Shown: in pieces, positions 28,901 to 40,489 of the stretch
Numbering within the stretch: position 1 is the first letter of the stretch
Layout of the letters: every line of letters begins with the position of its first letter
DNA from: Rhizophagus irregularis
Lineage: Eukaryota
Reading direction: 5' to 3'
Assembly: GCF_026210795.1 (NCBI RefSeq)
Contig: NC_089430.1
Location: 5,642,001-5,706,000, forward strand
DNA: 64,000 bases
The notes under the pieces: model-generated
Seen by the model: the letters and a program-made list of their open reading frames with translations, nothing else
The model's database searches: none
Told to the model about the DNA's origin: nothing
Position numbers and translations under genes: made by a program

Positions 28901-31900
28901 ATTTTATGAATCAGGTATATATATTATTTAATAAATTTTAAAATTTTAATTTTTGCTAAATTTGATAACATGTTTACTTTTATAGATTAAAATAAATTAT
29001 GAATTTTATGGAATAACTCAAGATCCACAAACAAATAATTATATGTTAGTTTTGAATGATAAATGTAAAAAATGTATTCAAAAATGCAACTCAATGTATT
29101 TTCAGCAAAATTTTAATAATTGGACTAGTGATAATGATGATACTGATAAATTTATTCAAGACACTCAGCTATCAGCTCATAAAGATAATAAAATATCAGA
29201 TGCAATAGAATGGATACCTTATGATAGATTTTATAATATTAAATATGATGATAAAATTGGAGCATATAAAGCAAATTGGATTGATGGATATATTCATCAA
29301 TGGGATGGTACAAATCAAAATTGGGAAAGATATGATAAAAATACAATTATCATTCTTAAAAATTTAAACAATCCAAAAAGTATTACATTAGATTTTATAA
29401 ATGAGGTATCATTTAATGAAATATGAAGTTTTGAAATTTTAATTATTGCTAAATTTACTAACATGTTTGCATTTTATTATTTTTGTAGATTAAAATGGAT
29501 TATGAAATTTATGGAATAACTCAAGATCCACAAACAAAAAATTATATGATGGTTTTGAGAAATAAATGTAAAAATTGTAACTATATATGTAATGCAATGT
29601 ACTTTCAAAATAATTTTAAAAATTGGACTAGTGGTAATGATGAAATTGATAAATTTATCAAAAATGCTCAATTATCAAGTCATAGTGGAAATGAAACATT
29701 TGAATGGATACCTTATACTAGATTATATAATATTGAATATATTGAAAAAATTGGAGCATATAAAGCAAATTGGATTGATGGATATATTATCTATTTTGAT
29801 AAGAAAAATCATGATTGGAAAAGATCTAATCAAAATATGTTGGTTGAATTGATAAATATAAATGATCCAAAGAATATTACTTCAGATTTTAACATTAATG
29901 AGGTATTATTTAATGAATTTTTAAATTTTGATTTTGCTATTTTTACTAATGTATTATATGTGTAGATTAATAGACTTTATGGAATAACTCAAGATCCACA
30001 AACAAAATATTACATGATGGTTTTAGGTGATATATGCAGAAATTGTAATAATATATGCAATGCAATAAACTTTCAAAAATATTTTGTAAATTGGACTAGT
30101 GATAATGATTATATAGATAATTTCATTCAAAATACTCAGCTATCAGCTCATAATAATGCGAAAAAAGCATTAGAATGGATACCTTATCATAAATTTTATA
30201 ATATTAAATATGTGGAAAAGGAAGTATATAGTGCAAATTGGAGAGATGGAAATATCAACATATGGGATGATGAAAATCAAATTTGGAAAAGATCTAATCA
30301 ATATATGCCTGTAACTTTAAAAAGTTTAAAAAAACCAAAAAATGTTACAATAGAATTTACAAATAAGGTATAATACAGTTATTATTTATTGAAATCTTGA
30401 AAATTTATTTTTTATTAATGTTATAAGAATTGTATTTATAGATTACAGAATCCTATGGAATAACTCAAGATCCACAAACAAAAAATTATATGATGGTTTT
30501 GAGTGATACTTGTAAAAAATGTAATTTTGTATGTAATGCAATACACTTTCAAAATAATTTTAAAAATTGGACTAGTTGTAATGATGATATTGATAAATTC
30601 ATTCAAGATACTCAGCTATCAGCTCATTACAATGCAAAAGAAGCATTAGAATGGGTACCTTATAATAGTTTTAAAAATATTATATATATTGCAAAAGGTG
30701 GGTTTGGTAAAGTGTATAAAGCTAATTGGATTGATGGGTATATTAACAAATGGAATGATGAAAATCGTGATTGGGAAAGAAAAGATCGCTATATGTTGGT
30801 GGCTCTGAAAAGCTTAAATAATTCAAAAAATGTTACATTAAGATTTATGAATGAGGTATATAATTTAATTATTTTTCTTTTAGTTTAAGTAACAAAACAA
30901 AATTTTTAGTTTTCACTAATTTATTTATTATATCCTTTTATGTAGATTACATCACATCACAGAGTAAGAATAGATAGCAATATGATTATTGGATTTTATG
31001 GAATAACTCAAGATCCAAAAACAAAAAACTATATGATGGTTTTAAATTACGCAAAAAATGGAAGTTTGCGAAATTATTTAGATGTAAACTTTAATAAATT
31101 AAGTTGGATGGATAAGATTAGTGATTTATATGATATTGCAAAAGGGCTTGAATCTATTCATAGTAATAATTTGATTCATCGAGATTTGCATGTTGGTAAT
31201 ATACTTCATAATATTAATTATCTTTATATAACTGATATGGGGTTATGTAAGCCTGCAGATTATAATCCATCAGAAAGTACAAGTAGTAATATTAATATAT
31301 ATGGTGTTTTGCCTTATATAGCTCCTGAAATTTTAAGAAAACAAAACGATTATACCAAAGCTTCTGATATTTATAGTCTTGGTATAATTATGTACGAAGT
31401 AATTTCTGGATTACCACCATATTATGATATAAGCCATAATGAAAATTTGGCAATAAAAATTTGTAATGGAATTAGACCAAGATTTAACTTTAAAGTACCA
31501 CAATTGATTGTGCATTTAATTAAAAGATGTCTAGATGCAAATCCATTAAATCGACCAACAACAAAAGAAATTGCTGATATTTTAGATAAATGGAAGGATG
31601 AGATATTTTTAAGTGAAGCAGAAATACAGAAACAAATAGAAGCAGCAAACAAAATAAATAATGGTTTATCAACAAATAGTGTACCTACGACTAATTTATC
31701 CTATAATACACATTCAGAAGCTGTTTATACAAGTAGATTACTTAATTTTAGTAATCTTCCTGAACCTAAAAATTCTTATGATTATTATGAACAAAATGAT
31801 GATATAATAAGCATGGAATTCTCAGGTATTGTTAAAGAAATATGTTTAGAATAATTATTTAAGAATGCTACTAAAATATTACTTACTAAATAGTATCATT

Positions 31901-32334
31901 ATCTCAACAAATTGATATTTCTCAATCGAACATTAATGATGATGATTTTCTCGAGCTGAAAAATCCTGATGATAATTATGAACAAAATGATAACATAATT
32001 AGCGTTGAATTTTCAGGTATTGTTAATAAAGTAAAATTTTAAAATAATTATTAAAGAATACTACTAAAAATATTATTTATTAAATAGCATCAATATCTCA
32101 ACAAACTGATGTAACTCATAATTATAAACCAAAAAATTCTGATTATGAACAAAATAATGACATGGAATATTCAGGTATTAATTACTTTAATACTTCTCAC
32201 CGTCACTTCTCATAAAGTGAAAGCCCATACAAAATATTAAGATCTATAAATACTAACAAATATTATTTTGTTAAATAGATTCTTTACAAATTGATGTTTC
32301 TAAATTAAATATTAATGAAGATAATAATTTGTAA
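25992..32334 (+). CDS. TKL-type protein kinase preceded by nine tandem degenerate copies of its N-terminal Cys-motif + kinase N-lobe, ~1783 aa, 14 exons
   Basis: Exons 25992-26390, 26461-26874, 26941-27357, 27427-27840, 27936-28436, 28504-28914, 28986-29405, 29489-29902, 29966-30367, 30442-30855, 30946-31825, 31894-32016, 32088-32174 and 32279-32334 are all in frame. The last unit has an intact IAKGGFGKVY, VALK, HRDLHVGN, DMG, YGVLPYIAPE and DIYSLG. Confidence 0.9.
26030..31040 (+). repeat. Tandem exon+intron repeat, ~480-570 bp period, 10 units
   Basis: Recurring TATGGAATAACTCAAGATCCACAAACAAAAAATTATATGATGGTTTTG, TGGACTAGTGGTAATGATGATATTGATAAATTTAT and AAAGCAAATTGGATTGATGGA blocks. The introns are also similar to each other. 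Confidence 0.95.
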
Positions 32335-33338
32335 ATTATGAAAAAAAAAATCATTTTTTAATCTTTAGTTTTCTTTATTTTCATTATTTATTTTTGTTAT
32401 ATTATTTATTTTTTTCTATTTTTTTTTTTATTTGTCATTTATTTTATTTTATGCATTATTTTTAAGAATTTTTTTTTCACATTGTAATTTAAATTCTATT
32501 TAACGTTTAGTTTTTCTTACAAAAATTGTGATTTTATTTTTTTTTATTTTATTGCAGACTAAATTAGAGGGTCGGCTATTGAAGAAAAAGGATATAATAG
32601 TAGCATTAAATAGAACTTTAAATTGTAATGACTTAAATGATTTATATTAAATAAAATTACAAAATTTAAACTATAAAATGTAACGAAATGATAAATTGAT
32701 ATGAAAGATTCAATGTAAATTTTCTATGATTACATATGCACGTCTTTAATTTCATTACATCTGTCATTTCAATCTTTACTATCCTATAAATAATATGATT
32801 GCTAAATAGATTTCTCAACTTCTCAATTCAATTTCATAATAAAAGTAAGTAGGAATTTATTAACTTTAAATCTTATTTGATAAAACTACTTCATTCTTTG
32901 GGATTACCGTTTTCAAAGTATTATGTCAATTGTTGTGGATTATATTTCTGTGTGTTATTATAATTGATAAGAATATGAAAGATAATTTTAAGTTTGCGTG
33001 GGATATATTTTAATACACAGTGTATTTACTTTTGATTTGAAAAGTTTAAATTAACAAAAGATTGCACAGTAAGCAATAAAATCATTTGTTTTCCTTTTGG
33101 AAACATGCTGCGCCCTTTATAGGCTATCAATTATTTATCTCTAGTTTTTTTTTGATAATATAATAAGAAAATGATCAAATTGTTTTTATCATTAATTTAG
33201 AAACTTTTTTTCCATTTTTTTACAGTATTATTTGAATTGTGATTTTGTTGATTTTTTTGAAAAGGTCGATCAAAATTAACGGAAAATTTTTAATAAAAAT
33301 ACAAATTTTATTGAATAAAACAAAACTATTATACAAAA

Positions 33339-34704
33339 TGTCAGAAAATATAGTTTTATCGAGAGAAGAACTAATAAACAACTTTATGGAGAAGTTTGGA
33401 GCAAGTTTTGAGAACTTTGAGTATAGGATTTTAACGAAAATATACAAGATAAAATCACTGAAAGAATTTCAAGAATTTAATATGAAGACGTTCAAAACTG
33501 TATCAGTAGACCAAATAAATAACGCTATTGCAGAAAAAGATAAACGAATAGTACGACCACCTCAAGCAATATATATAGTATATTTTTTATTAGACTGGAG
33601 TGCTAGTATAATACGAAAAAACTTTAATGAATTTCTTGAAAAATTTCCTCTCCCCAGCGAGCGCAGCAACAACCACAGTCATGTGAGCAGGGTGAGAAGA
33701 TAACAAAATTGGAATCTTTGGTAACCACACAAATATGATCAATAACGAAGAATAAAGATAATTCGAGTCAAACAAAGGAAAAATCTTCAAAAAGGCGTAA
33801 AAGTCGGAAAACTTCGGATACATAAAATTATCCTAAGAGAAAGATCAACCGAATCAACGAAGTGGTCGAAGTGTCGATCACCACAACTCAGTTACATGAA
33901 TACAGCACGTGAGATCACGTTTTACGATTTTCCTTGGTACTGGGAAAGATGAAATAATATATGAGAATATACTCGAAATAGGCCATGTTGAAAAGCTTAT
34001 AATCAATCAATGTTATAAATACAAGACGGACAAGGCCAAAATTCGCTTTATCAAAAATTATGAGGAAATATATAAGCGAGGAGGGTCAAATATAATAATC
34101 ATTAAAAATGGTATAAGTATTTTTCCGGATGTTTGATTCGAAGCTAACGATACGGGAAATAAACAAGAGAAGTTGTTGGCAAGCAATAAAAAAGATAACA
34201 ATTGATAATGGAGCAAATAATGAAGCGATAATCAAAGAATATATCAAGAAATACGGTGGAAAAGTAATTAGGATAAAAACTATTAAATATATCTTAATTT
34301 ACTTTAACAACGAAAAATGACATGATGAACGTATATATATACACAGTTTACAAGTCAGGAATGGAGGAAGAAATTGGATATGGATCTCAAATGAAAAGTC
34401 AGGACGAAATAATCACAAAGGATGGTACATTTAGGGCCAGGAAGAACCAACAGACGAAGCCGATCAAGAATGCCGTCGTTAATATCCGATCGGGGATGAA
34501 CAATTTTACGAGGCAATGAGTCCGAGGGGTCCAGATAAAGAAATAGTTGAAGATTATTTAGTGACAGAATAAATATGATTGATGAGAAACAGGTAGAATC
34601 AACAGGTAAAGGTAAAGAGAAAGCTAGAGAGTTAGAAGAAACGGAAATTTTAAATGGCAACAAGAAACGCACAGGGTGCTAGAGATGATAGTGATAGTGA
34701 GTAG
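33339..34704 (+). pseudogene. Decayed intronless ORF with an RRM-like segment (possible retroelement ORF1-like family)
   Basis: Successive broken ORFs. FYDFPWYW..EIIYENILEIGHVEKLIINQCYKYKTDKAKIRF aligns by eye with the minus-strand copy at ~55000-55200. AATAAA plus an A-run follows at ~34853-34868. Confidence 0.5.
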
Positions 34705-35637
34705 ATATATCAATAGAGTAAACCATAACGCATATAAAATAGTTCAAATTATATTAGGTTTTTATGTAATAGATTCAATTTTGTAAATTTTATCAGATAG
34801 ATACTTTATTGATATGATGCTTTGCGTCTATGTTGTAATCATTTATGTACTAATAAAGGAAAAAAAAATTTTTTTTTGAAAAAGTGTCGCTATTCTTTAT
34901 TGAATATTTATTGTGTTATTGCAAAAAAAAAAAAAAATATTTTTCCAAAAAAAAATACTATAAATAACAATTACAACAATAATAAGAAATAATAATAATA
35001 TAAAATAAAAATTTTTAATACTACATTAGCTAGTAAATTTAAAAGTATGAGAATATACGCTGCTGTAAAAATTTGATAAGTCATTTCGCAAATGAAACAT
35101 TAGCTAATCTCTGAGAAGGGTTAGTATTTGAAAACAAGTCGAAATTACCAAATTTTGATCTTACCTTAGTATTTCAAAAATAAAAGCTTGAATTTCACAA
35201 ATAATAATAAAAAAAAAGTAAGCAAAACGCTCTCACATACGTCTCACAAATTAAAGCCATTTAAGTTGTCACGCACTACATTCCCTACAAAAAAAGCTTC
35301 TGTTAGAAAATTGCTACATAATTAAAATTCACCGGCAGAACTTTAGTCATTTATTATTTACGGAAATTATTATTATGTAGTAATTTTTATTATTTTATTA
35401 ACGGAAACTATTATTATGTACTGTAAGACAAATAAGATTATTGGAAGCCCTTTTTTATAATTTCTTTTGTTCGTATATATTGATATTGTTACATGATGCA
35501 AAATCGGCCATCAAATTTACATAACTCTTATATTACTTATGATCATTACCTATTATCTCAAAAACTCGAGTATCTGGCTTTTTTGTTAATGGACTTATAA
35601 TACCATCGATCCAGTTTCGATCCAGATGTTTTGTAGA

Positions 35638-36922
35638 TCTTAAATAAAAAATTGTTTGCGTGACTAACGTTTAGATTAGCCTGTATAAATTAATTTTGAC
35701 GTATTCTTTATATTTAAGACCCAATTGATCGGCAAGTCATGTTGTCAATTCCAGTTAATGAAATTTTTAATCGGGATTTTTTTTTGTTTTTTCAAATATT
35801 TTTTCATTTTAATTTTCATTTTTTTTTCTTGAACCGATCTTTACAAATGGTTCTTCTTTTTTTTCAAATTTCCTCTTTTCTCGAAACATCTATTTCCTTT
35901 CCTATTTTTTAAAAAAAAATTTTCGTTTTTTCCCTCTTTTTTAATTCTTTTCCCGTTTTTTTTCCAAAACCGAAAAATTATTATTATTTTTTTTTATTAA
36001 ATAATCTTTTAAGACTTATATTATTTTTTTTCGGTCTTTTTTTTTAGACCATATTCATTTTTTTTGAATTTTTTTTTCGGTCTTTTGGATCGAATTATTG
36101 TCCTTTTTTTTTCAGAATTTTTTTCGGTACTTTATTTCTTTTTTTTTTAAACCGATTTCTTTCTTTATCCTTTTTTTTTCCCCAAATTTTTTTTTCTTTT
36201 TTTCGATTTTTTTTTATTTTTTCTTTCTTTTTCATTTTTGGTTTTTTTTTCAACCCGATTTTTCTTTTTGTTCCTCCCACAAATTTTTTTTTTAGTTTTA
36301 TTTTTTCAAATTTCAAATTTTTTTTTTTCCGGTTGGTTTCTTTTCCAATCCGAAAAATTTTTTGCTCTTTTCCTTTTTCGGTTTAGCTTTTTTTTCTTTC
36401 AAACCGAATTTTTTTTTTGAATACATTTTTTTTTTCATAACAATAGATCGTTATAATTAATCTTTCTGAGAATTTTTTCTTTTTCATATTAATTAGTGAG
36501 ATATTTTTTTTTCTAGAGGATGTAATTTTTTTTAATGCTACAATGGAATTTTTTAGGATAAAAAAAATTTTTTTTTTGTAACAATGTAATAATAAACTAC
36601 TTATACAAAATTGTTTTTGTAATGAATTTGTAAATTTCACAGTACTGCAACATTTTGTTCGTATGATAAATAAAATTTGCATTTAATAATAATATTTCAT
36701 ATACTGTATAACACTTGCACACAATTTATTGTTATTTGTATAAGCATATAGATTATGTAATTTACTACATTTATTTCCTACTAATACCACCATAATATTA
36801 GTAGAAACTAGACCTATTCACATTACTGCATGGCAAATAAAATATAAGTGTGTTATTATTACCTACTCTCTTGCTTGATGGGCAAGTATCATCGCCGACG
36901 CAACGCGACGGGTTACGCCTAG
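35638..36922 (+). mobile_element. Non-autonomous Helitron-like element
   Basis: The 3' hairpin CCGACGCAACGCGACGGG is followed by TTACGC, CTAG (36919-36922) and T. The interior is extremely T-rich. The 5' end A|TCTTAAATAAAAATTG at 35638 is tentative. Confidence 0.55.
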
Positions 36923-37311
36923 TTTATATAAATATTACGTATCCGTTAAGTAACAACATGCCATGCCCTACACATAGAATTAAGTAAGAATCCGCATTAT
37001 TTCGTTGCACAATAACAGTACACAGATATTATCACTTGACATGTGAAGTTACGTATTACGTAAAAAAAATCTAACTCTTTATTTTACTATATATAAAAAT
37101 AGAATGTTCGTGTAAAATTTTGACAAAAAAATAAAATCCCTATTTAAAGAAAAATTTCTTAAACGGTTTACAGCGAAATTTGTCTGCTAATTTCAAAAAA
37201 TAAAAAGAGGATATTATCACATTAAATAGTTTTCTACATGTTATTTCGGTGTTTGATTTTTTTCAGTTACAGTTTAAGGGATAATTAATTTAAGATTGTC
37301 GCGAAATTGAT

Positions 37312-38546
37312 TTAATCTGGCAAGCATAAACTTTCCGTTTTTCCATTTTCTTCATTTTCTTCGGGAGGAATAGTTGATACATCCTTGTTTTCAGGGTTAA
37401 TAAGATTTAGTTCTAAAATTACTTCGTTGATATTCGGTCTATTATCTGGTTCGTGTTGCCAACATTCTGATAAAATAAAGTAAAAATAGATTGTAAAAAA
37501 ATATTATTGCAGAAAAGAATCATAATTAATATCTTATACATACTTTCATAAAGTACGACAAATTTATCATTTGTGTCTTTAATAGGTCCTTCTCTAGCAC
37601 TTTTACTAATGATATTAATGAGAGAACAGTCGTGTTTCTGACTTTTTTCCTCAAAACCAAAAGGCGATTTTCGACTTGTTAATTCCCAGAATAATACTCC
37701 CAAACTGTATATATCAGACTTCTCAGTTAAAACACATGGTTTTTTTTGGATAAGCATTTCAAGCATTTTAGAATCCACGTAAGGTATTACACCCCATACT
37801 TCAGTATTATAATTTGATCCTTTTATACATGAACGTCCAAAATCTGCTAATTTTATTGATTCTTTGTGTATTAAGATATTGTTGGAGTGCTAAAAAAAGA
37901 TATGTTAATTAGTGGATTAGTTTCATTATAGTTTAAAAACAACAGGAATTTACTTACGAGATCCCCGTGTATGATTCCCACATCATCATGTAACCATGAA
38001 ATCGCACTTGCAATTTCCTTAGCAAACTTTAATTGACTTTCCCATTCAAAACTTATAGAATCGTTTCTTAAATATTTCCCCAATGTTCCACCTTCTGCGT
38101 ATTCAAGGACAAGCGAGTAATTTTCATCTAAAGAATATTAAAACGTGTCAAAAAATCATTTTCAATTTATTGCATAATCGTTATCGTTATTTACCTTGAA
38201 ATTTCGTAAGTCCGTAGAATTGAATTATATTCGGATGAGAATTAACCTTTTTATTTAAATAAATCTAGAAATAAAAAATAGTAAATATTGATACAAGCTT
38301 TATCGTAATATATCAATAACATACCTCATTAACGATGGAATCTTTGCTAGAATCTCCGATGAATTTTTTAATTGCGAACTTTGATGCACCTTTCCAACGT
38401 GCACTATAAACCAAGGTGGATGGCGCAGAAGCAATCTTATCAAGATCCCTAAAGCCTTGATGATCATAATAATAAATTGTCTGTGATACCTCTCCATCCA
38501 GTAATATCTTTAGCGTATTTTTAGTTTTGCCCTCTTCGAGATGCAA
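37312..38546 (-). CDS. Stand-alone TKL-type protein kinase (~290 aa), at least 5 exons, start codon uncertain
   Basis: Spliced motifs FAIKKF..NE / IYLNKKVNSHPNIIQFYGLT / [13 protein letters not shown] / IIHGDL|HSNNIL..LADFG / GVIPYVD..KSDIYSLGVLFWELTS / CWQHEPDNRP. Stop TAA at 37312-37314. The G-loop position reads IASAPSTLVY. Confidence 0.8.
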
Positions 38547-40489
38547 CTGTTACAATATAATGAATTCGAATTACCATATTAAGCTAAAATATTATTTTGC
38601 ATTATTTGATCTGCATTATTATTTGCATTATTATTTGCATTATCGCTGTGACAAAACGTTTTGCTGCGCCGTAAAAAAAAAACCATTTAAATATCGGGTT
38701 TTTTCGCTCTTTTTTCCCACTCGTTTTCTTGTGTGGCGCAGTTTTTGAGTCAACTAAACTATACAGTTGTTTTTAACAACTAAATAAAGCAAGATATGAG
38801 TTAAAAAAACAAGAAAATAAAAGAAATGGAAAAATAAAATATTGAAATAATAGCAAAACTTCTTTCTTACTTTGTAAATTGTTGCAGATGATTGTCGCTG
38901 TTTACTTATTTAAAATTGCTTCTTTGTTTTAAGAAACAGAGCTAAAGCAATACTGTATTAAGCGACCAAAAAAGTGTCTGAGGGTGATTTTTTAGTAACT
39001 CCAGTAACTCTGAGTACGATAAAAAGAAATTTTCAGTCTATTGAACGAAATAATTGGTTTAAGTTGTGAAAAATATCATTTCTGATATTTTTTGGGGAAG
39101 ACTAGGGTATTGGAATGATGATCATATTTTGTGTGACAATTAAAACGTGCCCGTTATAATAGAGATTATTGGTCCTTTATATACGCATAGAATAGATGAC
39201 ATAACTATATATAAAAAAGATTATCTGGGCTTATTCCTATTTTATATTATTTTGGATACAAATGGTAGTGTTTTGATCCGTTTATCCAGATTATCCGGAA
39301 ATCCGGATAAACCGAAATCCGGATAAGATTATGTATAAAAAAATTTTTTCATCGATTGATTCTTAACAAATATATTTTATTAATTTCAAATAAAATAAAA
39401 TTTTAATTTCGGCCGGCACTATGAATTTTGCCTGAATTATGCCAATTTTTAAAATTTGAGAAATATAAAATTTTGACAATAAGTACATTATTATAAATAT
39501 TAAAAACATGATAAATTGATAATGAAAGTTTAGGCATAAAACCAACTAGTTTTATATACTATTTTGTTCAACCTGTCAATTAAAAAAATTTTTTTTAGAT
39601 CGACAATAATTTGGGCTAAACGTATAAATAGTAGCAAAATTACAAAAATCCCAGCTGGGAATACTGCTAGGAATGCTAATCGTTACGTTACGTTACGTTT
39701 AGTGTTGCTGTCCAAACTTCACTAGTTTCCGAAACTGCAAAACTAAAACTAGAAAAATTGGTTCAGAAAAATTTTACATTTATGCAATAACCGAATCTGT
39801 AATTCCCGCCCTGAATAACAAATATATTATTCCCGTGATCATAAATGTTTATTTCTAAAAAGGAAATGGTCGATATAATCTTTATATTCTTTTATTTGCA
39901 ATTTGTTATACAACCCCATAAAAAATTTATTCCGTGTTTTTTTATATTTCCGTAACTGTATCATATTTATGGAGTTTTACAGAAATTACAAATAAATTTT
40001 TTTACAGGGCAAATGAGCCTTCCTTCCGTATTTCTACACATTACTGTTTAAGGGAAATCCTAATATCAAAATTACACGCAGTTGGCATATGTTTTTGTCG
40101 ACAAAAGCTGTGTATATAATTCACATTCCTGCCTGCCTACAGTTGTAGTAAGATTAGATGGGACAGAAGATACCGAGTCTATTTACGTTTTTACTAATGA
40201 CAATAAGTTTATGTATCGTCTTAGATGACACAACTGAGTATTGGTTATAATTAGTGTCAATAAATGTCAAAGAGTATTATTTTCGTAAGTTTATCTTATT
40301 CAACAAGATAGTTTCCCGTTAATAATCTTGGCAAAAAAAAAAGATTACATATTATTTTAGTACTAATAGTAATTATTATGTAATGCTTTGTACCCTTCGA
40401 GTAGAGTATCAAAAAAATTTCATCGTCGTAACAATTTGAACTCAAAGGGTGAAAGTGACACCGAAAAGAACAAACAATTAGTAATACAT

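Noticed and set aside
26030..31040. Regularly spaced conserved blocks with variable intervals, superficially CRISPR-like
   Set aside because: The period is ~480 bp, units are protein-coding exons with introns, and there are no cas genes in this eukaryotic context.
36095..36682. Lys-rich and Phe-rich ORFs (also 15392-15613 and 57835-58260)
   Set aside because: These are by-products of poly-T/poly-A low-complexity tracts inside non-coding elements.
39266..39330. ATCCGG repeat patch (similar patches at 16345-16412 and 19970-20105)
   Set aside because: Probably orphan subterminal remnants of hAT MITEs, but no partner end or TSD could be identified.
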